Assembly (NCBI GenBank): GCA_951406725.2
Contig: OX597819.1
Span: 84,568,001-84,632,000, forward strand
DNA: 64,000 nt
Reading direction: 5' to 3'
Source: Octopus vulgaris
Taxonomy: Eukaryota
A model generated the notes under the pieces. That model did no database searches, was not told the DNA's origin, and saw only the letters and a program-made list of their open reading frames with translations. Below are positions 28,390-43,130 of the stretch, one piece after another. Positions within the stretch are counted from its first letter, which is position 1; each line of letters opens with the position of its first letter. Both the position numbers and the translations under genes were made by a program.

Positions 28390-29553
28390 GTAAGTTTTTA
28401 TATATTTCTTTACCTTTTACTTGTTTCAGTCATTAGACTGCGACCATGCTGGGACACCGCCTTGAAGAATTTTTAGTTGAATGTACTAACCCCAGTACTT
28501 ATTTTTTTTCTAAAGCTTTGTACTTATTCTATCAATCTTTTTTGCTGAATTGCTAAGTTATAGGGACATAAACACACCAGCACTGGTTATCAAGCAGTGT
28601 TGGGGTGAGGGCAAACCCAGACACACACACGCACACACACACACACACACACACATAATGGGCTTCTGTCAGTTTCTGTCTACTAAATCCATTCACAAGG
28701 TTTTGGTCAGCCAAAGGTGCTATGCAGTAGGACTGAACCCTGAATCATATGGTTGGAAAGCAAGCTTCTTGCCACACAGCTATGCCTGCACGTATTATGG
28801 TTTTTAATCTTCACATAAACTTGACCAATTGAAATTGAATTCACTGTTGCAATTTGGTTAACACACCCATAGCATTGAAAAGAAAAATCTATCAGTAATC
28901 ATCTTATTTGACATTTAACCCATACTTACAAGTGCCGTTACCACATAAAATGCACTCGTGTCAGTGGCACATAAAAAGCCCCCAGCACACCCTGTAAAGT
29001 GATTGGCATTAGGAAGGGCATCCAGCCATAGAAACCATGCCACAACAGGCAATTGGAGTCAGGCCAGCTCCTGTCAAACTGGTCAATCCATACCAGCATG
29101 GAAAACAGATGTTAAATGACAATGATGATGATTCTCATAGTAGGTAGTTATTGGGTTTTAATGTATTGTAACTAGGGCCAGTCCTTGTTGCAATGTGGGG
29201 GCTCATATGTCTCAACGACCTTGGGAGCTATGCCAGCAGAGCACAAGCTCCTGGTTGGTTCCCCCACTCCACCCCTATGTTGTACTGGTCAAAGGATAGA
29301 GGCCAAACTAATATCGACCAACTCTTAGAAATAAAAATTAATTTGTCTAGGACAAACGCCCATACCTAGAAAAGAGAAAGCAAAGTTACAGAAGTGTTGA
29401 TGGCAAGTCAAAATGAACAAGACCTAAGAGAGTCTCTCTTATTAGCTGGGAACCCATCAGTTAGAGCTGAAAAAATAGGGATCCAACTGGAGAGAAGCAG
29501 AAAATAGAGCCTGAAATTGAGAAAAGTGGAGGAAAGTCATTGATGGTCTATGT

Positions 29554-30663
29554 CAGGTATATCAAACTCACTTGAACAGGGGACCAAAACTCAAAGCACA
29601 CTTTAGGTTGCAGGCCAAACAGGATAAACATTTATTAAACAGACTAACACTTTTTGAACATGAACATGTATTGAAACTGATGGTATATAATTTAATTCCA
29701 AAAATAAATGAACTTAAATTACTTAAAATATTTTGTTCTGCATAAAAATATCTGTCAAAATTATAGAAATTTAAAATAAGAACAAGTTGCAAAAAAGAAA
29801 AAGAAAATATAAATAAAATATGTGCTTTTTAAAATTATAAAGCAAAACTCACTTTGTGATTTTGTTTTAGTTAAAGAAGTCTGTTGTAATATGAGATTCC
29901 TCTTCAACTCGTCTACCTTTCATTGCTTCTGCTCAGCAGTGAGGTATTTATACTTCTCCTGATGTTTTATCTCATAGTGGCATTTGATATTATACTCTTT
30001 AAGTACAGCAACATTAGCACCACAATTAAGACACATGGGTTTGCCATCAATGTCAGTAAACATGTACTCGGTTTCCCACCGGGTTTGAAAGGCTCTGTTT
30101 TCAGCATCAACTTTTCTCTTGGCCATTGATATAGATAGCTACTACTACTGAATGATCTTACATGAAGATGATCACCCAAAAGAGCAGTAAAGCGGCTGTT
30201 GCAGTGCATTATAGGATTTGATTTTGTGTCATCAGTGCTTCACAACACGTGATTAGAGAATCGAAGGAGGTGTTTCCCAGCATGCTTTGTTGTAATTACA
30301 ATTAAAACTTGTGACTGTGTTATCATGCCTCTTTAATGTGTTTTTTTTTTGTACAGACAGGGTGTAATAGTTACAGTGGTGTTGTTTCTAGTTGTGTATT
30401 AAATTATTGCTACTTTTGGGGACACAATAAGAAAGGTGGTGCAGTCAGTGCTATATATAATGTAATGGCCTGCTTTAGCCACACACTATGCATGTGTAGT
30501 TGTAACAAGAAGGCATGGGTTTTGCTGAGGGCAGCAAAATATTCTATTTACTGATGCCGCCATTTGGACCAATTTCATGCTGATATCAAAATGGTCCTGC
30601 GGGCTGGATGAAATTGTTGCATGGGCCAGAAGAAGCCCGCAGGCTGGGAATTTGACATGTCTG
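29554..30663 (-). mobile_element. Internally deleted hAT (Charlie/Buster, GTF2IRD2-like) DNA transposon
   Basis: TIRs caggtatatcaaactc / gaatttgacatgtctg; 8-bp TSD gtctatgt / gtttatgt; carries a transposase N-terminal remnant. Confidence 0.85.
29880..30126 (-). pseudogene. hAT transposase N-terminal zinc-finger remnant
   Basis: KRKVDAENRAFQTRWETEYMF...KPMCLNC...LKEYNIKCHYEIKH, typical of GTF2IRD2/SPIN-like transposases; premature stop at 29920. Confidence 0.85.
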
Positions 30664-31211
30664 GTTTATGTTCATAGGGAGTGAAGGGTGTAAGTAAGTA
30701 GTAAATAATGTAGGGCTAGATTAAGGCCAAACTAATAAGTATAGTCCAGTATATCTGACATGATATTAAAATGTAAGTTCTGGGTGTGAAATGATAGATT
30801 AAAATTTCAATTTTTTTTCGGGTTGGACCCCACAGCTATATAAAATAGAGCCTATGTTATTTGAATTTATTTGTTTAACACTAACCAGCATAAAGCAATA
30901 CAAATTATTTTCCTTAAATTTCATTAGGGCAATCGAGAAAAAGTACAAATTTTCAACACTTTCTTCTTTTTGAACTGTTATAAGGCTTTGATCACCCCGA
31001 GGCTATAATAGAAGACACTTGTCCGAAGTGCCGCACAGTGGGATTGAACCCAGAACCATGTGGTTGTGAAGCAAGCTAAGGCTTTGTAACTAAATTGATG
31101 AAAATAGTGTAACTTGCCTTAGAGTTTAACTTATTGCAACTTTAACAGTTTAAGATAATTGATGTATTGTTCTGTAAAATGTATTTGTGTGAAATTTTCT
31201 TTATTTTACAG

Positions 31212-31397
31212 ACAGCTTCATCCAACATCTTTGGCATCGGCCCCCAGCAGACTAAGTGCGTAAAACAACTGTCTACTCCACCTTGTCATGTAACTCCACT
31301 CACTAACTTATTAAAACTGGTTCGACTGGTGTGGCTGGACAACCGAACTGTGGTTCTGCTCACGGTTGATGGCACAGAGGCCAAATATACAATATGA
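31212..31397 (+). CDS. WDR7: WDR7 terminal coding exon: ...LLKLVRLVWLDNRTVVLLTVDGTEAKYTI*
   Basis: tttacag acceptor, TGA at 31395-31397; matches [28 protein letters not shown]. Confidence 0.95.
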   Translation, partial: TASSNIFGIGPQQTKCVKQLSTPPCHVTPLTNLLKLVRLVWLDNRTVVLLTVDGTEAKYTI

Positions 31398-31535
31398 AAC
31401 AGTAGTTGGTAACTATTGCATCTGGAATTACTTGCAACCTGCAAGCAACATCTGTCCAAGTATGTATGAAAACTAGATTTCCATTTAGGGCTGTGAGAAT
31501 CAAACATTACTTGGGCTGTTGGTGAAGATGCCAAA

Positions 31536-31541
31536 AATAAA
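31536..31541 (+). terminator. Proximal candidate polyadenylation signal of WDR7
   Basis: AATAAA 139 nt after the stop; further candidates at 32035 and 35386; the hexamer is common in AT-rich DNA. Confidence 0.3.
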
Positions 31542-32439
31542 ACACTTTGGCCAATTTATTCATTATGTCATTTCTTAACATGTTTAAAAAGTCATCTGAT
31601 TCAGTTGCTTGTGACATTGTGTTTAGAACTTATTCTTATTCCAATTCCATTAATCATTTTCAAATCTGTGGACTTCTAATTTCTTTCTAACATGGGCCAA
31701 GCTAAATCAACTTATTTAAAATATTTATATGATGACTGTCAGATATAGAATGAAATGTACAAGTCTTTTATTATTTTGTTTAAAACTTTTTTTTTTAAGA
31801 GAGAAACTTGAAAAATTGTTTGTTTTTTGAGATTTTTATCTTAAAAACAAAAACTGCAGAAAACAATATTGTTATTGAAATTTAGGAAAAATACAATCTT
31901 GATATATTTCTCATTTTCTTTCTTATAAAGAATACATTCTGTATTCTGTTTTGGTCAAAAACAAAAAAAAAAATGGCAATTGGAAGCTATAGGGAAAAAT
32001 GCCCACTTGGAATATTTCAACTATACACATGGGAAATAAAATGAATTTTTAAATAGTAATAATTCCAATATTATACTCATCAATATCATGGTTTTTTTCT
32101 CATCATAGTCGAATTAAAATCTTCGTAGAAAATACTATGATATTAATATTTTAAAATCTTTTGACTTTGAAGGTTAGTTTTAATCTAAGTTCAGTAGAGT
32201 TAATTGTGAATAAAATCAAATAGAATATTATAAAATTATAATATTATGAAAAATTACCATAAAAGTGTTTATCTTCTGAGCATTTTAGTTACATCTTGCT
32301 ATAAAAGAGAAAAGTTTCCTTTTCATCACTTCTCAACATCTTTTTATCTTTTCTCCTTTTCCATTCTTTTGTAAATGCATCAGGTCGGTCTTTGTTTCTC
32401 TTTACATAAGTATAGAAGTGTGCATGTGTATGCTGTGTG

Positions 32440-32495
<56 letters not shown>

Positions 32496-33059
32496 TACAT
32501 ACATACATACACACACACACGTATGTATGTATATGTATAATTCCTATTATTATTAGCAATCATACCAAAGGTTGCGGACGCTATAAATATAAACTCTCAT
32601 AGACTTGAGTCTATAAACATAGTTTCTATCCCAGCTATAGATATTTCACTTCAGTTATGTTAATACCATTGAGAAAGTCATGAATGACACATTATCCCAT
32701 TTCATTTCTTTTGTGAATCTTGTGATTACATTTTCAAAAAATTGCTTGAAATCAACACCATATATTTAATTTAGCATAAGTTGGCTCCAGCTTAATCTGA
32801 TGAAAGCTGTCGCTTGAACTTAAGTGCTCCAGAGCTACATGATAAATTTACTGAGGAAAAATTAGATTTCTGAGGTATGCTTCTTTCTTTACTTTGACTT
32901 TTCTTTTTGCTCTTTCATTCATACTTTCTTTCTTTTTTTTTTCTTAAGAAAAATAATACTGGAAAATTAGTTTTTGACAATTTTCAATTTCACTATCAAA
33001 ATGATATTTGTGCAGGTAAAAACTAATAGTCTATTATTATGATCATTATTTTTATTATA

Positions 33060-33233
33060 AAGTGGTGAATTGGCCAAATTGTTACTGCTCCAGACAAATG
33101 TTTAGTGGCATTTCTTCTGGCTCTTTACATTCTGAGTTCAAATGCCATTGAGGTCAACTTTGCCTGTCATTCTTTCAGGGTTGATAAGATGAGTACTGGA
33201 ATCGCTGTTGGCTTTCTGCTTGTAATGGAAAGA

Positions 33234-33272
<39 letters not shown>

Positions 33273-33715
33273 ATTGCAGCAAGCTGGCAGAATTGTTAGC
33301 ATGCCGGACAAAATGCTCAGCGGCATTTCATCCATCTTTACTTTCTGAGTTCAAATCCTGTCATGGGTGACTTTGCTTTTCATCCTTTTGGGATCAATAA
33401 AATAAGTGCCAGTTAAGTGCTGGAGTCAATGTAACTGACTTGCCCCATCTCCCTGAAATTTCTGGCCTCATGCCAAATTTTGAAATTATTATTATTATTA
33501 TTATTATTAAGGGTATAAGCTGTCAGAATCATTAGAGCAGTGGTAAAATGTCTTGGGGTATTTCTTCTGGCTCTTCTCATTGTGAGTTCAAATCCCGCCA
33601 AAATCAATTTTGTTGTCATCATTTCAGGATCAGTTAAATGTAGTACCCATCAGATATTGAAGTCAGTTTAATTGCTCAAAATTGCTGGTCTTGTACCTAA
33701 ACTAAAACAATGATT
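33060..33715 (+). mobile_element. Three tandem SINE family B copies separated by (ATT)n
   Basis: Repeated gagttcaaat...tttgcctttcatc core, each followed by ATT runs. Confidence 0.78.
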
Positions 33716-36700
33716 ATTATTATTATTATTATTATTATAAAAAGAATACTTTGCTAGGCATGGCAATATAATATGTAAAATAGTAATATTGCCAGCTTAA
33801 GCTAAGCACCACTAAAGCAGTACATTGAGAACGGTTTCTATGATCTTTGTAGTTTCCTAAATTTTATTAATCAATTATTGACAAACTGTACAAAAAATTA
33901 AACAAAAATAAATAAAACAATCTCAATATTAATAATAAAAACAATAATAGAAAAATAGTTGCTAAAGTAGAGTTTTCTCATCTTGAAGAATTGTTGGTCA
34001 GAAATTTCTTTATCTTCAGAATATTTTCATGTTGGCAGGGAATTTCTTTTGTTCAAATTCAAGTCAAATTTTTTCATATACAAAATAACACCAAAACTTT
34101 TTTTAAATCACCCATACACATGCACACACACACACACAAGCACACATAAACACATATAGTCTAGTACTCTCTAAAAGCAAAACAGAAGAAAAAAATTTTT
34201 GAGTGAAAAGCAAAATGTTCAATGAAATTTAATCTGCTTGGATTTTGTTTACTTGTTAAAGTTACCAAAGTGAAAATAAAGATTTTTTTTTAAAAAAAAA
34301 AGAGGAAAGAAATGAATAAAAAAATTATGGGTTTACAGTTCACACTGAACAAATATTTTGCTTTATTTTCATCCTTAAATATTTCTTTATTAGTTGGTAA
34401 TTTTTACTGTCAATGAAGTGTTTGCTGATTTTTTTGTATTGTGTTATAGTATTGTTTAAAATGTGTGTGTGTCTGTATGTGATTAAGAGAAATGGAGAAG
34501 AGAGAGACAGTCAAATTGTCAAAACACTATAGATTTGCAAAAGAATGCTCTCTTTTTCTTTCTCTTGTCTTTTCCCCCTCCTTTCCTCACCTTCTTTTCC
34601 ATTTCTATTTTGTTTTCTCATTCAATTGGTCTTTTTTTTACTCATAACTTAATGTAAAAAAGTGTCCAAAACTCCTTACAATTCCCTTGAGATTATTGAT
34701 GAAATTATTGCAGTCCAAGTTCAGCTTGAACATATACAGATTTGGTGTTTGTGGAGAAAATATAACCTAAGAATGAGGTTTTCCAGAGTTGGGGGAAAGA
34801 TGGATTGGTATAGCTGGTTTATGTAGGATATGAGAGAGTAGTAGTGGGTGATGAGAGTAACCTGCATCAACTGGGTTTGAGCACGAGTGGAACGCAGTAC
34901 TCCCTCTGCCTCTTCTTCTTTATATATATTGCCATCTTGTTCTCTCAAACTCTCTTCTTCCTTCTATCATCTATCTCTACTTTACACTCATTCCTTCATT
35001 TCTCTTCCCCTCTTTCTCAAATAGTTTCTTGTGTTCTCTCTTTGATTTTGCAGCATATAGAGTTATGTAAATTGTACAGTAAAGGTTTTCTCCTTTCTCA
35101 TTAACATTTCTCTTATTTCCTCTGCTGCCTTGACTGATTGACTTTTCTGTAAGAATATTTATGTATTTATTTCCATTTTTCTATTTGATATTTGTATTGA
35201 GGATCTTTCTTATCCACACAGTTAAACAATTATCCCATTTTCTCTTCTCTCCCATAATACTGAGTCTTCTGTTCTAACAAAGGCATAAAAATGCTGACGG
35301 GTTGTCAGTGTTGGTGTTTGGTAATATCTTCATGACTGCTTTCATTTTGCTTTGTTTGTGTGAGACTTGTGGTATGGAAACTACCAATAAAACAAAGCAT
35401 TGATATTAGTATCTCTTGCTGTGGCTTTTCTCTTTATTGTATGGTATATTGTCTTAAGATTCAGGACTTGAAATACATGATCCCCTATTCGGAGAGGTCT
35501 GGTTGTCTGCAGTGAGCATGTCAACTGATGACATAGGAGTTCCCTTATTCACTCATTTTAATCAATGATATATAAGAATAAAAAAATTTCTTATCACATA
35601 TTTTTCCCTTTTACTTCTTGCTACATTTTCTTGTCTCAATTCTATGGCATTGTTAAGATTATTTTAGTGATTGAGTGCCATTCTTTAACAAAATCTTTAA
35701 AATCTGTATTAGCATTAGCATTAGTGCATTGCAAAGAGAATTTGTTACCAAAACCTTCAATATAAAAAGGTAGAATGCGAGACTTACTTTATTACATTAT
35801 TTAGTTTTGTTCTTTTGACTTCAATTCTTGTCAGAGTCAACTTTTATCTTTCCTCCCCCTGGGGATAATAAAATATATTTACCAGTAATATATTGGAATT
35901 TGATTAAATTAGCTGTACTCTTCTATTACAAAATAAATAACTGCATAAAATGGCTTATCACAGTAAATAGATCATTGCAGTAATATGGTAGCACTTTCTA
36001 AAATAATTCAATTTACATGAATCTAAAAGAGGAATATTTAACATAAAAACATAAGTACAATAGCTGTAAAGTGTAGACCCTGGACTATTCCCCTTGTAAT
36101 TGTTGGGTGAAAATCTTACTCTTGTAACTGTCCCAGCATGCACCTGTCCAAAACACTTTCAGTATGAGTGGCTGAATGGTAAACAGTTGAAAAGAATGGC
36201 AGCCAAACAGCTGTTGAAACAATTGTCTCAACAGTGTGTAAATATCTAAATTTGCTACAAAATCCATCACAAGAACCATGTTAGTATAAAAATATAGTTA
36301 CATTACAATAATACAAGCCTCCTCTTTGTTGTATGAATTGAGTTAACTTTGGATTGTAAACAATCAGTCTCTTGATATTTCAAACATTAGATCTATAACA
36401 ACAGTGGCAGTAAAAAATATTGACATTAGATATTTTGTTAGGTTTTTTTTTAATTTAAAAAACAATATATATATATATATATATATGTTCAAGATACTGG
36501 ACAGAATAACTTTTTATTGGGTGATAATCAGGGTATGACATTTTGATTTAAACTAGTCTTTTGTGAGATTGGTATTGTTTTATATGTTAATATATTAATA
36601 ATACAGTGTATATATGTGTGTGTGTGTGCGTGTATGTGTATAAAATTATGAGAAAGTATTGCAAAAAATCTTTTGTAATTATGAAATTATATAATAGTTA

Positions 36701-36857
36701 TTTGTCAGAAAATGTTTGATTTTTCAATGAAATTTCTTCTCTTAATTCTGTTCAGTTAATTTAGTATATTGGTATCCATTGAAACTTTTTGTGCCAAAGC
36801 AGATGGAATTGTGTATAATATATCAGGCTGTTTCATTTCAAATGTAGTGTATGTGTA

Positions 36858-36859
<2 letters not shown>

Positions 36860-36899
<40 letters not shown>

Positions 36900-36980
36900 T
36901 ATATATATATATATATATATATGTATGCATATATATATATATATATGTATGCATATATATATATATATATATATGTATGC

Positions 36981-37017
<37 letters not shown>

Positions 37018-37106
37018 TGTATGCATATATATATATATATATATATGTATGCATATATATATATATATATATGTATGCATATATATATATATATATATAT
37101 GTATGC

Positions 37107-37138
<32 letters not shown>

Positions 37139-37604
37139 GTATATATATATATGTATGCATATATATATATATATGTATGCATATATATATATATATGTAT
37201 GCATATATATATATATATGTATGCATATATATATATATGTATGCATATATATATATATATATGTATGCATATATATATATATATGTATGCATATATATAT
37301 GTATGCATATATATATATATATGTATGCATATATATATATATATGTATGCATATATATATATATATGTATGCATATATATATATATATGTATGCATATAT
37401 ATATATATGTATGCATATATATATATATGTATGCATATATATATATATATGTATGCATATATATATATATATATATGTATGCATATATATATATATGTAT
37501 GCATATATATATATATATGTATGCATATATATATATATATATGATATATATATATATATATGTATGCATATATATATATATGTATGCATATATATATATA
37601 TGTA

Positions 37605-37690
<86 letters not shown>
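36860..37690. repeat. Compound microsatellite [GTATGCA(TA)n]m ending in (TA)n(GA)n
   Basis: Directly visible; source of all long Y/I/H/M/C ORFs at 36756-37812. Confidence 0.97.
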
Positions 37691-37691
<1 letters not shown>

Positions 37692-38447
37692 TATTACTTT
37701 GGTGAAGTCAGTATCTTGCTACTCTGAGTTTCACCTGAATCTTCAGGAAGGTATGACAACTTGCCTGAAGATACTGTGTATATTGGTAAAACTCAGGGGA
37801 GCAAGAGTCTGACTCAACCAAAATAAAATGTCATTAATGTCTAACATGGTATTAAGTACTCTTTATTTTTTTTTCCAACAGTTAATACTAAACGGATTAT
37901 ATATGCATTTATGTATGTTTTTGAATTCACAGATATGCGTTATAAAGATATTGATATCATATTTGTCATATCTGAATACATATTTGGTCAAATTCAGCCA
38001 AGGATAATGCTTTTTAAGTTTTTAAATACATATTTATAAAAAGAAAATAACAACCAACATACATGCATATATATATATATATATATATATATTATTTAAT
38101 AGACACAATACATGTTTCTATGTGCTACTAATAGTTGCTTGTGCTGTGATTTTTGCCTGATGACTGTGTGGAGATGTTACACATGGTATAATTCATTATT
38201 TGTCATGTCCTCAGCACATGGAACTATTAGTAACACATGAAAACATGCATTTTATCTATCAAATAATATTCATCTCTCACCTGATGGAGTACTTTTTTTG
38301 TTGATCTTACCATCATGGAACAGTACATTATATGTGTGTGTGTGTGTTTATGTATTTATGTGTGTGTGTGTTTATGTATTTATGTGTGTGTGTGTTTATG
38401 TATATATGTGTGTGTATACATATATATATATATATATATATAAAAGT

Positions 38448-38573
38448 TCATCCTCCTAATCTGGCCAATACATATTCAAATTGGGAATGCAATCAAATAT
38501 ATGCATATATAATAAAAAATATATTTGATTGTATTCCCAATTTGAATATGTATTAGACAGATTAGGAGGATGA
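38448..38573. repeat. Inverted repeat (about 54-bp arms) plus tail, between TA runs
   Basis: tcatcctcctaatctg...caaatat mirrored by atatttg...cagattaggaggatga. Confidence 0.9.
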
Positions 38574-40129
38574 TAAACTCATCTGTTTTCTCTCCCTCCT
38601 TGAACTTTGATATTTGCTCAATATATTGAGCCCTTCCGTGTTATTTCGTGTAAAGAGTTATACTCTTTTATTATTTAATATATATATAAACATTATCGAC
38701 CACATATACCTAATATATATTGTTTGTGTACTTGCCAGTAGACTGTGATTTGTTGTGAGAACACCCAGTGTTTTGAGAGAGTATTCTCCACCATGCCAAA
38801 TTGCAGCCTACCAGCAAATACCCAAAGCCTGTTTTGTATGTGTGGTTGATAATGTTTATTACACTAGCGCTACTTGTATTTCATATTTGAATATATAAGA
38901 ATAGGTGTCTGAATGTGTGTTTGAAATGGACATATCAAAAGGTTTTTCAAAAAAAAAATTTTTTTGTTTTGTTAGCTTTTGTTGAGAAAAGTGGGATAAG
39001 TGCAGCTAAATATTTTTACTTGCCAGTAACTTCCATTATTGATACTTAATTTAAGCTTTATTAGCCGTGACCAAAGTTAGATTTGAACCAGAAAAAAGAA
39101 AATCTATAATTCAACATCTGCAAATCAGCCTAGATACCTTTCCATGTTCACATACACAAGTGCATATTACATTTTTATACATCAATTGTAAAATTTTTTT
39201 AGAATAAACAATAGTTTTAGCCTTATCAAAATATTTTTGCTCATGTTGATAGAAATATTTAAGAAAAGAGAAGACTATACTATATTTAGTTTTATCTCTT
39301 TATGTTCTGAGTTCAAATCTTGCTAGGGTCAATCTTTGTCTTTTATTTTTCTGAGTTCAGCATAATAAGTATCAGCATTGTACTCAAGTCTATTTGGTTA
39401 GCTATATCTCCTCTCATTACAAAATCAGCCTTATGCCTAAGAAAGAAATATTTCTTGGTCTTCTATAATTAAAATGCTAGAACAATTTACAAAGGCATTA
39501 ATTGTAAGAAATTTATTAGATGGAGTCGGGGCAGAAAGAAGGAAAAGAATGAGATATATCTATATTCAAACTTTTTTGAATTGAACTAAAAACTTCTTGT
39601 GAAGGAATTTTTTTTAAAAATTTTATTTTCCAAGTAATTTGGTAATAACAATTGGTTGTTGGCGGGAAGGGAGGGCAACTGGTTTATAGAGATGTTAATT
39701 ATTTAATTCAATGAGCATTATAATTATCTTGTACATTGCAACTGGTTAATTCTTTGAAATTTTATATAAATGTTGCTATGAATTGAACCTGGAACTGTTT
39801 TTACTTCGCCAGAATAAATAATCAAATGACATGAGAGTGATATATGTGGCTGCAACCTACATGTTGCTTCTTTGTTTTTGTTTATGTTTATTTTTTTAAA
39901 TTTAATTATTTATATATTATTATTATGTTAAATTTTCCTTAGCTCAGATGTCCCTATCAGCAGTTGTTTAACACCTCCACAATTCTTCCCTGTCTGTATT
40001 GTGTACAGTAAAATAATGGATGTAAAAAATAAAAAATTTGTTGACAATTTATAAATTATGAAATAAATATTTAATTCAGTGCTTGTGTGTATTTCAATTT
40101 TCTCCTTTTTCTGTTTCTGGTTTTTTAAA

Positions 40130-40349
40130 CCCTTTAGCATTTAAACTGGTCATATCCAGCCAAAATGTTCTATTTGTTTCATGTTCAAGCTGACCACATT
40201 CAGCCTTTCAAACTTACCCTACAATGTCATACTAAAAGTAAACTATCTCATAATCAAAATCTCAAAGATGTGAAATAAGCTGTGATTAATTCAAAACATT
40301 GTGAATAAATGTGCATTACATTTGACAGAATAATCGGAATGCTAAATGG
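40130..40349. mobile_element. piggyBac-like MITE
   Basis: ccctttagcatt ... aatgctaaatgg termini with degenerate TTAA flanks; inverted relative to the 40924 copy. Confidence 0.7.
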
Positions 40350-40923
40350 TTCAACATGGTATGCTGATTTAAAAAATTCTTTTTATAGTGTCTCTGTATT
40401 AAAGCAGTTCTGTTACAAACTGTAATATTTATCATATATCTTCATAATCATTTAATGTCCATTTTCCCATGCTTGCATGGCTCACATGGAATTTATTGAG
40501 ACAGGTTTTCTACAGTCAGATACCCTTACTATTGCCAACCCTCATTTCCAAGCAAGGTAATATTTCCCCATGACCAGCCATGTTTTTACACAGAAGACTG
40601 GAAACAAACTACATCACCTGTATGGTGACAGGTAACAAAGCTCATTTACATGACAGGCTTCTTTCGGTCTCTGTCTACTAAATCCAGATCCACTCGAGGC
40701 TTTGGTTGGCTTGGAGCTATAGTAGAAGACACTTACCTAAGGTGCTGCTTAGTAGGACAGAACCTGAGACTACAGGATTGGGAAACATGCTTCTCAACCA
40801 CACAGCTATACCTGTGCCAAAGTATGTAGAAAATTAAATTTTAAAAATGTAAAACAAGGATGATGTCAACATACACATGCTAAACATGCTATTAATTCTC
40901 AATTCATTTGTTCATTTGTTTAA

Positions 40924-41140
40924 CCCTTTAGCATTCAGGTTACTCTGTTAGACATAACGATTATTTATTCACATTGTTTTGAATTCATCCGGTATTGTCT
41001 TGTAGCTTTGAGATTTTGATGTGGTGGTTTATTTTTAGAATGACATGGTAGGCCAAGTGTGAAAGGCCAGATTTCACCAATTTCAACATAATGGCAGTAG
41101 AAAATTTTGGCCAGTTACAGCCGGTTTAAATGCTAAAGGG
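40924..41140. mobile_element. piggyBac-like MITE
   Basis: TTAA + ccctttagcatt ... aatgctaaaggg + ttta; other copies at 52262-52602 and partial at about 24907. Confidence 0.78.
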
Positions 41141-42602
41141 TTTATGTTGATTTTTACCTTGCTAGGATGGGTGGGGGAGTTATTTAGTTGAAGCAGAATA
41201 TCCTTCCTGTTGCCAACCTTTACCTGGTTTTGAGGTAAGATTTTTTTTATTCCACTGGTTTTTGAAAGCAGAGTCATAACATCAAGAAATTTAATCATCA
41301 TTTCAGTCAGACAATGGTAGCTGAAGCCAGGTAATGTCAACATTCATGTGCATGCACACACACAGACACGCACACGCAAGCACCCACAAACACATACATA
41401 CACAAATATGGTGATTTCCTGTACTTGAGAAGATACATCAAACTAATTAAAATTGCAGTCATCCATACACCCAGGCATGTTCTTAATGGCCATGCCACCA
41501 CTCCCTCTCTGAGCTGAGAGGTCTTTGTTTGGCAGGTGCCAGTGCCACATAAAATGCCCTGTGCCAGTGCCACGTAAAAAGCATCCAGCACACTCTGTAA
41601 AGTGGTTGGCATTAGGAAACGCATCCAGCCATAGAAACCATGCCAAAACAGACCAATGGAGCCTGGGCAGTTCTCCAGCTGGCCAGCTCCTATCAAACCA
41701 TCCAACCCATGCCAGCATGGAAAATGAATATTAAACAATGGTGATGATGACATTAGACTTCCATATAGTTTATATCGACCAGTTCCCCTCCCAAAGCATT
41801 TGTTCGCCTGAAGCTACATAGTAAGAGACATTTGCTCTAAGTGCTGTGTAGTGGAACTGAACCCCAAACCATGTGGTTGTAAAACAAATTTCTTAATCAC
41901 TCAACCATTGAAATCTAAATTCATTTTATCTGAAGTATCTCACATACATACATGCACACACATTCATACACACACACATTCTACTCAATACCAGCACTAG
42001 GAGGTGCCTATGTTTGTAAGAAGATGAAAAAAACTATAGTACAGACAACATTTGTGTGTTCCTGATGGAGGCAACCTGACAACGAATTCTGTGGATTGAT
42101 TTCTAAGTAAGCAAAGGGTAACTTAGTATTGGAAGAGTACAGTTGATGGGCTATAAATGATGAGCCTTGAAATAGAAGGGATGGCTAGGAATAATATCAA
42201 GAAAGTAGGGAGGAAGCAAGAAAGAAGACATCAGGTTTATCTTAACAGGAGAAAAGGTTTGTTTTTGTTGTATTTTGGGGGGGAGGGTTTTTAAAAAAAA
42301 ATTTTTATGTTCTGTTTCATGAAGGTAACTCATTTAACTTGTTTCAACTGCATAACAATAAAATCATAGAGAGAAGTAAATTTGAAAGTGGATCTATGAT
42401 CAAAAGCATTCCAGCAATGAACATAACATTTTGGTGGCTACATACATTATCCAATGTGTTCTTCTCTGATCTTTAAGACAGCAAACATGATTTGAGGGAG
42501 GTCTAGTTGCTATTTCCATATGCAACTAATTCTTTCTTGCCTAATGTACTTTGGAAAGTTGTTGAATGAGGAGTATGAGTGGAATATATATATATATATA
42601 TA

Positions 42603-43123
42603 AATGGAGTTTAACACAAGTATAATTCAAATACTTTTACTCCCGAAGGTTTCACTGATATTATTCCAAAGGAATAAATGGTGTAAAACAATGTAATCTT
42701 CTCTTCAGGGAAGTGAAGAAATGAAACTCGTCTAATAAGACATTTTAACAGGAAATGATGGCTATGTATAGTGACTTACTGAACACTGTTAATATTGTTT
42801 GAAAAAACGTTATATGAAATAATGTCAGAAGTAGCCTATAGAAAGAGAAGGGATATTTTTTTAGTGAATGTTAAATATAAAAAGAAAATTAATGTTTAAA
42901 TTATATATAATGATGGAGATTACTTATATGAACTAAAGGTGTGTTTTTGCTAATGTTTACATCAGTATGCATGCTCTATAACCATGTTTACAAGGGGATT
43001 TTTAGAAAAAAGAATAAAAAATAGTTCAGAATTACAGAGAAGACAGAATTCCTTGCCTTTGTCATAATTTTTTCTATTTATCTATTTTTCCATGTTAATT
43101 GTTAACAAGGAATAAATACACTC

Positions 43124-43130
<7 letters not shown>
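42603..43130 (-). mobile_element. Penelope-like element 3' remnant inside (TA)n
   Basis: Minus strand YDKGKEFCLLCNSELFFILFSKNPLVNMVIEHAY*CKH*QKH resembles the Y...CxLCxxE...LN...E...CRH tail of PLE GIY-YIG domains; hammerhead-like motif downstream; TA runs on both sides. Confidence 0.62.
42636..42717 (-). ncRNA. Degenerate type-I hammerhead ribozyme candidate
   Basis: acttcc-CTGAAGA-long stem II region-GAAA-cct-TC-gggagt; stem I pairs, stem III defective. Confidence 0.45.

Noticed and set aside
36756-37812. Six long ORFs of 207-347 aa
   Set aside because: Translations of a TA-based compound microsatellite with no stops; no coding complexity.
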